Positions 25,201-34,223 of a DNA stretch of 64,000 nucleotides are shown piece after piece. The notes below the pieces were generated by a model. The model saw nothing but the letters and a program-made list of their open reading frames with translations. It did not search any database and had not been told where the DNA came from. This DNA comes from Lama guanicoe (Eukaryota), in contig MU053810.1 in NCBI GenBank assembly GCA_013239625.1, positions 4,620,071 to 4,684,070 of the forward strand. The letters run 5' to 3'. The first letter of the stretch is position 1. Each line of letters starts with the position of its first letter. Made by a program: the position numbers and the translations under genes.

Positions 25201-26544
25201 GGGAGCCAGGGTGATAGGGGTGGGGGAGGTAATGAACAGGAAACTTACAAAGAGGAGAAGGTGGCACAAAGCCATTGGGAGCACCAGCAGTTGCCTCAGC
25301 TACTGATGTTAAAGATAAGCGCAGAAGACCAGTGCCGTTTCCTTAAAGAAAGGAATAGCCACATTTGAGACAGAGTGAGTATTCTTCAAATGTGGAAATG
25401 AGCCCAAGAGTTTCACAGGATTACCAGGACAAATCGTAATTCTTCTTTGTCAGATCTTCTACTTCAAAAATGGAAATCCTATCATTAGAGGAGGTAGAAA
25501 CATGGGTAAACACACGTCTCCATCTACTTCCTGGAGAGTAATTCTGAGTGTTGGAGACTATTTGAAAGGAAGGAGGTTGCAGCTTTGAGGAATCCTGAAA
25601 AAAAGCACTTTTCTCTTTTCATAGAGGGCAGACCCCCTCCCACCCCACGTTGGCACAGCCAATCAGCCAGACCTGCGCCTGGGCTCTGAATCTTAGTATA
25701 TTTTCAAGTGTGATAGAAACGATTGTAATGTTGTCTGTTGCCAGAATGGGAGTTAAGTATTTTAAAACTATGAACAGTGAAACAGTATGAGTTTATACTT
25801 CACACATCTTGTTATTTGTGATGACTTTAACTTTTGATCATTGAAACAGTAACTTCAAGTTTGCCTCCCTGTGTCTTTAAACGCTTTGAGTACCCCTTTC
25901 TACCTAAAAGATGAGATCCAGCCCCATCTAGAGCATCGTCAGCTAGTGGTGTTCATATGTTCAGGACACATTCTGATGATGACTTAGGAAACACCAGGTT
26001 TCCTCCACCTCCTTCAGGTGGTGCATCGATTCTGACAGGTATTTTTCATCTGGGCTCTTCATCGGTTGCTGGATGACTGTCGTTTGAGTCACTTCAAAGG
26101 GAGGGGAGGTTAGCTGCCAGCAGGAGCAATTTTATAATGTTACGTGGAGGGTAGAGTAACTGCCCTGTCCCCCTTGGCCAGCAGAGAGGGGTTTCCCAGG
26201 ACCTGGGACTTCCAGTTTTCTTACTGGGAAAGCCCTGGGCAAACCGGGATGAACTGTCATCCTGTGTGAGGTAATGGACTGGACCAGAAACTTCAGGATT
26301 ACATTTCAAAAGATTAAACGGTTGACATTCTGAATTTTCTTGATCTTATTTTTACAGAATACAGTGGACTTGTCCCAAAATACCCTGTGTCCATGCCTAG
26401 CTGACTTTATCAGCTCTTGACACTCTGCTTTTAGAAAAGAACACCAAAATGACTCCTGAATGGTTTCATTCCCCTTTGGGAGCTCATTGTTCCTGCAAAC
26501 TGGGGCAGAGGGCGGGCTGCAAAAACAGGGTATCCCCTTTGCCT

Positions 26545-26906
26545 AAAGGCAAGTATTATATGATATCACTTACATGTGGAATCTAAAAAAATGATACAAA
26601 TGAACATATTTACAGAACAGAAATAGACTCAAACACAATGAAAACAAACTATGGTTACCAAAGGGGAAAGTGAGTGGGGAGGGATAAATTAGGAGTTTGG
26701 GATTAACTGATACACATGCCACTATATATAAAATAGGTAAACAACAAGGACCTACTATACAGCTCAAGAAACTATATTCAATATCTGTAATAGCTTATAA
26801 TGAAAAAATATGAAAAGGAATATACATACATGGATAACTGAATATACATACATGGATAGCTGTATACCTGAAACTAACACAGCATTGTAATTTAAAAAAA
26901 AAAAAA
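26545..26906 (+). mobile_element. 5'-truncated cetartiodactyl L1 3' end with poly(A)
   Basis: ATATGATATCACTTACATGTGGAATCTAAAAAAATGATACAAATGAAC...GAAACTAACACAGCATTGTAA plus A-tail. Confidence 0.9.
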
Positions 26907-28489
26907 GTATATTTCCAAGCCAGTGACTCTATGCCCGCATATTCCTTCTGGCTCCAGTGTTCTGTGGTCTTCCATGGAGAAGTGCTAATTTTCAAAAGGC
27001 TTTGAATGAAATGAATTTAAGGAAAACTTCCTGTTCCAATAGTTCTTGTGATCATGAAAGATACTCCCCCTGTGTGGTCCTTTTATTTTTAGCAATGGTG
27101 TTGGAAAAATCAGGTTATGTTTATTCGGAGTGTCTGGGGGTGCTGGTGAGATTGTGTAGTCTAGAAAATGCTGGAATTATAAGTTATTATAAACGTCAAC
27201 CGGGTGGCAAAATTCATCTCCCAAAAATGCTGCAATATATGTCAGCCTATAGATTTTCCCCTAGTTCACTGCCCAAAAATGTATACATTGGCCAAGGAGA
27301 ATAAACCGAGAAAGTACTTTCACAGAGAAATATAAATACGCTTAACTGTGCTGTTCCTTTGTCAAATGTGCTTTTTTATTAGATTTCTTGCTTATCCAAA
27401 AAGCCCCAATTTTGAGTTCACTTATATTTTGCTGCCTTGATTGTAAATCTCATCATGTAGACTTGTTTTTCTATTAGATGAATACATGCAACCTGTAATG
27501 CTCCCTAGTTTTTAGCATTAACCAAATATTTTATGGCCTTCCTCTGAGTTACCATTTCTTTTTAGCCTTCTGATGTATGCTTTCATTACAATACTAAATT
27601 TTTTACAGGGCCGCCTAGGTCTTGAGGTATGTTGAGGGCTGGTGATAGCAACGCTCACCCAGCCGGAGCCCACAGCCCCATTTGAATGGATTGGCTTCTT
27701 TTTAATGGCAAACCAACTGCCCTCGTGAATAACAAGTTCCCCTTCTTGAGAGAGAAAAATCACATTGCCTTATATCTCAGGAGAGCAGTCCCATAAATAT
27801 TACAATGCATGATGGAACACATCTTTATTCAATAGAGCAAATATTGCCGACAAAAACAAGAAAGCGAAATAAGAGAGGAAATAACTTCTAGTGGTTTTCG
27901 GCTTTAATTATGAGAAATAAATGAAAAACAATTTTCGATCAAAGTTTTTTGCCTGGTAATAGTTGGCTATCTTTCACTCTCAGGTGCTTATGCTCTCAGG
28001 GGAAAATAGATACAATGAATGTTGTTGGGTTTTTTTTCTTTTCAAAGCATTATCTGCCTTTGATTTTTGCTTTATAAGGTCAAATGTTGCACTTGTCTTC
28101 TAAGCCACCCACAGACTCAGCTATTTGAGTGGGGCTGGGCTCATGACTAGAACAGAGACTGGCTCAAATTTATTATTATGGGATGGCCTCATCCTATCAA
28201 GACTCATTTTAATGAAATTTCTGCCTCTAGAATGTTTCCTTTGAGGCAACATTTTAAAGTGTTGTTCTTTTCTAAATCAAGGAGAATTTCCCTTAAAAAA
28301 AATTCTTATTCATCACCCGGCTGGGTACTTTCTCTACCTTATCTTGACTGCTTTTTCTAAATACGAAGACATGAAAGAAGTGAAAAATAAATATTCTCCC
28401 CTAAAAATGATAAACCCATAATTTGAGATTAGGGTTCATCTATTTCATTTTATCTTTATAATAAAATGTAGCATAGGTAAAAAATCACT

Positions 28490-28660
28490 GTATTATGCAT
28501 CAAGAGAATGCCATGGTGGGGGTGGATTGGGACAGTTAATGGGGAGAAGTGGTGGGGATTGAAAAAGATGTTACTGGAAGTCGCACTGACACTGGGTTTG
28601 GTGGAAGAAATAAGAAATTGAGTTTTGAGACATTTGAGATGAGGTAACTGTGGGGAGTTC
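28490..28660 (-). mobile_element. L2 fragment
   Basis: GAAATAAGAAATTGAGTTTTGAGACATTTGAGATGAGG motif. Confidence 0.55.
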
Positions 28661-29013
28661 TCCTTGGAATACACATGTATATTGACATACATTTAGAACC
28701 TACTTGTGTATTGGAATGTATCTGGAATATATGCATATTCACAAGCGTTTAGAATGTGTGTGTCTGGACTTGAGGAGTGTGGGCTGCAGCCATTGGTGTA
28801 TACAGGTGTGTTCTCAAGTTTGTTCTGTTTATGGCATTCTCAGTGCCCGTAGGCCAAAAGAAAGACCTAGCACTTCTGGTCATTAAGTGGTAAAGTCTGA
28901 ACAACTTAGTGTTTATGTCCTAACGACCTAGTGGGCAATTGAAAATAAAATCATATAAGTGAAAGGGAAATACATATATATATATATGTATATCTTTTTT
29001 TTTTTCATCCTCA

Positions 29014-30342
29014 AGTGATGGTTAATTTTATATGCCGACTTGGCTTGGCCATTGTACCCACATATTTGATCAAACACCAGTCTGGATGTTGCTATGAAGG
29101 TATTTTTTAGATGAGATTTGAACTAGTAGACTTTTTTTTCCCTTTTTTTTTAGAGTAATAGTCATTTTACAGTGTTGTGTCAAATTCTAGTGTAGAGCAC
29201 AATTTTTCAGTTATACATGAACAGTTATTCATTGCCACTTTTTTTTTCCACTGTAAGATATCACAAGATCTTGTATATATTTCCCTGTGCTATACAGTAT
29301 GCTCTTGTTTATCTATTCTGCATTTTAAAATCCCAGTCTGTCCCTTCCCACCCCCCACCCCCTTAGCAACCACAAGTTTGTATTCTATGTCTATGAGTCT
29401 GTTTCTGTTCTATATTTCTGTTTTTCGGTGTTTTTTTTAGAGTCCTCATATGAACAATCTCATATGGTATTTTTCTTTCTCTTTCTGGCTTACTTCACTT
29501 AGAATGACATTCTCCAGGAATATCCATGTTGCTGCAAATGGCATTATGTTGTCAGTTTTTGTGGCTGAATAGTATTCCATCATATAAATATACCACATCT
29601 TCTTCATCCAGTCATCTGTTGATGGACATCTAGGCTGTTTCCATGTCTTGGCTATTGTAAATAGTGCTGCTATGAACATTGGGGTGCAGGTGTCATTTTC
29701 AAGTAGGGTTCCTTCTGGATATATGCCCAGGAGCGGGATTCCTGGGTCATATGGTAAGTCTATTCCTAGTCTTTTGAGGAATCTCCATACTGTTTTCCAC
29801 AGTGGCTTTCCTTGCTTCCCTCTCCCACTCTTAATGATTTAGATGTCTTCTTTTACAATTTTATATTTATTCTTTTTGTAATTCATGGCAGTTATCTCCT
29901 TTCCAGTTAGGAGTTTCTCATTTTTGTAGCATCCTGCTTCTTTTCTATTTAGAGTAGACCTGTGAATATTTCTTTTAGCATGGGTTTGGTGTTGCTAAAT
30001 TCTTTTAAGATTTTGCTTGTATGTGAATTGAACTAGTAGACTTCGAGAAATGCAATTTCTCTCCGTACTGTGGGTGGGCATCAGGCAATCTTCCAAGGAC
30101 CTTAAGAGATAATGGCTGAGGTTCTTGGAGGACAAAGGAATTCTGCCTCCAGACTATCTTCAGACTCATCTGCATCATCAACTCTCCCCTAAGGCCTTAG
30201 CCTGCCTTGCAGATTGGGGACTTGCCAGCCCTGACAATGGTGTGAACCAGTTCCTAAAATCAATCTCTTTCTGTACGTACACACACATACACACACACAC
30301 ACCCTATTGGTTCTGTTTCTCTGGAGAACACTTAGCAATGGT
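29014..30342 (+). mobile_element. MLT2-family solo LTR (ERVL) split by an L1
   Basis: 5' part GTGATGGTTAATTTTATATGCCGACTTGGC (29015-29133). 3' part ends CCTATTGGTTCTGTTTCTCTGGAGAAC (30028-30342). Confidence 0.88.
29134..30027 (-). mobile_element. Young L1 insertion: ORF1 C-terminus and inter-ORF spacer fused to ORF2 C-terminus and 3'UTR
   Basis: Perfect 16-bp TSD TTGAACTAGTAGACTT (29118-29133 / 30028-30043). ORF 29446-29679(-) [24 protein letters not shown] is the ORF2 end. 29950-30027(-) translates ..LKEFSNTKPMLKEIFTGLL*, the ORF1 end. Confidence 0.88.
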
Positions 30343-31573
30343 ATGTGTGCACCATGGGGCACTGCACGACTTCTCAAACCTTGGAAACAGATGGGAGATC
30401 TTTTCCTGTTCCACTGTGATTTTTGTACAGTGCTTGCTTTTTATCACAACTACTTCCCAGAACCCTGCTTTGCAAAGATGACATCATTCAAAGGAATGTA
30501 GGTGATCTCATGTTGATACTGGGAGCTACCTCGAGCTAGTATTTTGCATGGTATCCAACAAGTGTCAAACATGGCTATATTCCCCTTGGAAATGTCACAG
30601 ATCCCACAGCGCTCTGTGCATTGGCTGTGGCATCCAGCACCTACACGCACAGTTTGGGAATTGTGGGTCCAGGCTTGGCAGTAGTTGTGGGGTTGGGATT
30701 AGCACAGACAGCAGAGATGAGCCCCAGAAAACACCTGCTAGGAAGAGCAGCAGCAGAAGAGCTTCTGAGAGGAGATTCTAAAGGGAGACTAGAGACGTAG
30801 GAAAAAAATTGATATTCTGTCTGAACAGAGCAAGGAAAAGATGATCACAGGTAAGAAATGAATCCAGGCGAAGGACAGAAGGCTGGAGGAAATATTCTCT
30901 GATGCTTACATGGCTGCAGTTAGGAGGGTGGGGCTGTGGTAATGTTTTCACCCTTTTCTATCTTTTCCACCTTTTTTTTACATGTCTGTGTCTCCATTGT
31001 ATAATGAAGAAAGGCATATTTACAACCATGAAAAACAATGTTTCCTAGCTTTCCTGTTACTCGACACACTTGATCATTTATTTTTTCCTTTTTTCCGTCC
31101 ATTTCCAGCATTGAGCTGTGTGTATGTGTGCGCCTGCGCTGGGTGAGTTGGGGGGGGAGGGCGGGAGGAGGCAGAAACAGATAATAAAACAAGGTATAAC
31201 AGGAAAAAATATTTCCAGGTTTGCTTTTCTTCATGAAATGTTCAGTAGAGTTGGGGAGGTTAAGAGGTAGAGCAGGTTGGCTGAAGTCTATACAAGGAAA
31301 CCCCAAGTAGAAGCCAAGGCCCCGTGCACTGGAGCAGGAGGTCGAAGGTTGGCAGGGCTGGAGCGGCCCCTGGGGAGGGCGTGAGAATGGCCCAGGTGAG
31401 TGGAGCTGGGAGGAACACATGGGGTGAGCCTTAGCACTGCACTTGGACATGACCCGAGCAAAAGAACCTGGACGGATGGTGTCAGGCCCTGCTTTAACAC
31501 ACAGCCTTGGTTTCCTCAAGCCAGCATTAAAGACATCAGTCTTTACCAAAACACTTAAAGTTTCTTGGCTTTT

Positions 31574-32653
31574 GGGGGGGGGGTGACATTATTTTTATTG
31601 ATAGTGAGTGCAAGCAGGTGTGAGTGGCTGTTCCTCTTTCAGAGGATGCTAGGCTGAAGAAGCCGGGAAGGGAGGGCCGGAACTGGACTGTGGATGCAGG
31701 ATTCACTCCTTATTTGGGTGGGAATGCTGCATTCGGAGAGGAAGATTTACTGTGGGACCAGGCATAGGCACGGGGGAGGCCGGCGGCACCAGCCCTCAGG
31801 CCGCACTTTCTATCTGGAACACGGCCGCATCGGCAGCCTCAGGTCTCCCGGGATCTTCCTCGGTGTCTCGCGGAGGTTGTGGCTCTGACTTGGCCTCCAG
31901 CGCAGGCTGGGCTTCGGGCTGGCCCTCAGCACTCCGGCCAGTCCCAAGGCGAGGGGGCTTAACAGTCGTGGGTGCCGGCGCAGCAGGGCCTTTACGGCCC
32001 GGTGGAGCCCTTCGCAGGCTCTGGACCTTCTGCACCCGGTGCGCCGCAGCCGCCGCGCCCTGGACTCTACGGGCTCCTCGTCTGATCTCTCCTCATCTTC
32101 GGCCTCCGGCTGCTCTGGGCCATGGTCGGCCTGTTCCTCCGACGCCGTCTGGAAGGCTCTGGCTGGGATTTCTGCCTCCTCCTGGAGGAGCAGAACTTGG
32201 AGCTTCCCGCGCGCCACCAGCAGCCGGTGGTCGGCCGCCAGCCGCTGCAGCGGGGTGGCGCGGCGCGCGGCGCGCTCCTGGGCGGCATCCGCCTCGGCCA
32301 GCAGCTGCGCCAGCCTGTTGCTCGTGGTGTCGTGGCTGCGACTCAGCGCGCCCAGGCCACTCTGGATGCGGCTCACGGAGCCGGCCAGGCCCCCCTGCCT
32401 CTGAGCCAGGCCCCCCTGCCGCTCGCGCAGCGCCTCCAGCATGGTGGCCAGCTTCTCCAGCAGGGTCACCACGGTGACTGCGTGCACCGGGCCCCCCGGC
32501 CGGCGGCCAGGGCCCCGGCCCCGGCGCGCTCTCCCGCTTGATCCCCGAACGCCCTGCTTGGCTCTCCCCGCAGCCGCCGGCTGCGCTCTGGGCTGGGGCT
32601 GCCCTTCCCGGCTCCTCCCCAGCTCCGGCCGTGACTCAGGCAGGCGGAGTTTG
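31574..32653 (-). pseudogene. CAVIN3: Processed pseudogene (retrocopy) of caveolae-associated protein 3 (CAVIN3/PRKCDBP/SRBC)
   Basis: Translations [57 protein letters not shown] and [33 protein letters not shown] match CAVIN3. The copy is intronless across the parental exon junction ([11 protein letters not shown]). Start codon ATG>AAG at 32539-32537; 1-nt frameshift near 32038; stop at 31796-31798; AATAAA at 31594-31599. Perfect TSD AAGTTTCTTGGCTTTT (31558-31573 / 32654-32669). Confidence 0.95.
31780..32650. promoter_or_regulatory. CpG-island-like segment created by the CAVIN3 retrocopy
   Basis: Very GC-rich with dense CpG (e.g. GGCGCGGCGCGCGGCGCGC at 32258-32276), against CpG-poor flanks. 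An AP-1 site TGACTCA lies at 32632-32638. Activity is not demonstrated. Confidence 0.6.
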
Positions 32654-33589
32654 AAGTTTCTTGGCTTTTACTGAAAAATTGCCTAGAAGAAGATTCATCG
32701 ATCTAGCTTCACGAAGGGTCCATTCAGGTAAAGTTTTTCTATCCATTAACTAAAGCCCATATTAATGATACAGCAGTGTGACACAATGAAAAGTTGACAT
32801 CGGTAAACACAAAATTTCCGATTTTGGGGGAAATTACTATCATCTTGTAACTGGTTGTTTCATCAGGTAAAAACAGTAATTTCAAGAGTCATGTGGCCAG
32901 AACCAGTGGGCTTATTTTGCATTCAATATGAAATTCTACTTGGCATCTACTTGTATTTTGAGGAAACATTAAAAGACAAGAAATCATCCTGTTCCAAGTC
33001 TCCAGGAAGGTTATGATTTTAATTCCACACCACAGAAAATGCAAACAAATTTGTAATTACACTTCACGCATGGAGCTCTGTGGAGGAAAAATAAATTGGT
33101 ACCCATCTACCCGAAAGCCGTAAGTCAGACATGGAATGGCTAATCACAGATATAAATTGAATAAACTGCATGCTCGGTGCTGATTACTTTCCCCTCAGTT
33201 TTGTGTACAATTAAGAATTTAGATCTTAGGCTGCATCATTTTTGAAGTGTGACTCCAAAGCGAAAGTTCATTTTTGAATTCTCCTAATCCTGGTTTACAC
33301 TTTTCATTCCTTTTTGGTTAAAGTATGATCTTGAGGAGGCTCCTATTAAACTAAGTATAGACCTGGGCAATTTTCAGAACATCACAGCTCCTATCCATTT
33401 ATCAGCATAACCAGAACTGACTGAGAAAAACACAGCTGTTCTCACTGTGTAAAAACAAAGCAACTTTCAGTAGTAGTTGCCATGCATTGATTTAATGGAA
33501 AGGAGATGGTTTTTGCGGGCCCAGCACTGGTTCTTCACCTTCTTATTCTCATCACAGACACCTAAGGACATCTTAAAAACTACAGAAGA

Positions 33590-34223
33590 AATGGTGCAGC
33601 TGCTAGGAAAACAATGTGGTGGTTCCTCAAAAAAAAAGTTAAAAATAGAATTACCATATGACCCAACAATTCAACTTCATGGTGTGTACTAATGGAATTG
33701 AAAGCTGAGACTTAAAGAGATTTTTGTATATTCATGTTCAGGGGAGGATTAATCATTACAGACAAGAGGTAGAAGCAGCCCATGTGTCTAGCAGTGGAAG
33801 ATTGGGTACACACAATGTGGTCTGCACATCCAGTGGAATATTATTCAGCCTTAAAAAGGAAGGAAATCTTGTCTCATGCTACAACATGGGTGAAACTTTG
33901 GGACATTAAAGCTACATGAAGATAGTCAAGAAAGGACAAATACCATCTGATGCCAGTTTTATGAGGTCCCTAGAGTAGTGAAATTCTTAAGAGGCTGAAA
34001 GTAGAATGGAAGTTGCCAGGGGCTGGGGGAGTGGGTAATAGGGAGTGATTATTTGATGGGTACAGAGTTTCAGTTTTGCAGCATGGAGAGAGTTCTGGAG
34101 ATGGATGGTGACGTGGCACAGCAGTGTGAATGTACTTAATGCCACCTAACCGTACACTTAAAAATGGTTAAGATGGCCATTTTATATCATGTTTATTTTA
34201 CCACCATTGAAAAAAACAGAATC
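33590..34223 (+). mobile_element. L1MB-like 3' fragment
   Basis: ORF2 end (KKLKIELPYDPTI) plus L1MB 3'UTR (GGGTACAGAGTTTCAGTTTTGCA...AAAATGGTTAAGATGG). Degenerate TSD AAAAACTACAGAAGA / AAAAACTTTAGAGGA. Confidence 0.88.

Noticed and set aside
26818..26860. Direct repeat GAATATACATACATGGATA x2
   Set aside because: Local slippage duplication inside an L1 3'UTR; not an array.
30920..31549. 209-aa - strand ORF downstream of the CAVIN3 copy
   Set aside because: Non-ATG start, lies outside the TSD, crosses simple repeats and shows no protein similarity I recognise.
31752..32477. 241-aa + strand ORF and other overlapping ORFs
   Set aside because: Antisense shadow of the GC-rich CAVIN3 retrocopy; non-ATG start, low-complexity A/P/G/R content and no recognisable domain.
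32680..32735. Possible host exon ending CAG|GTAAAG
   Set aside because: No convincing acceptor or recognisable coding frame; cannot be supported without RNA data.
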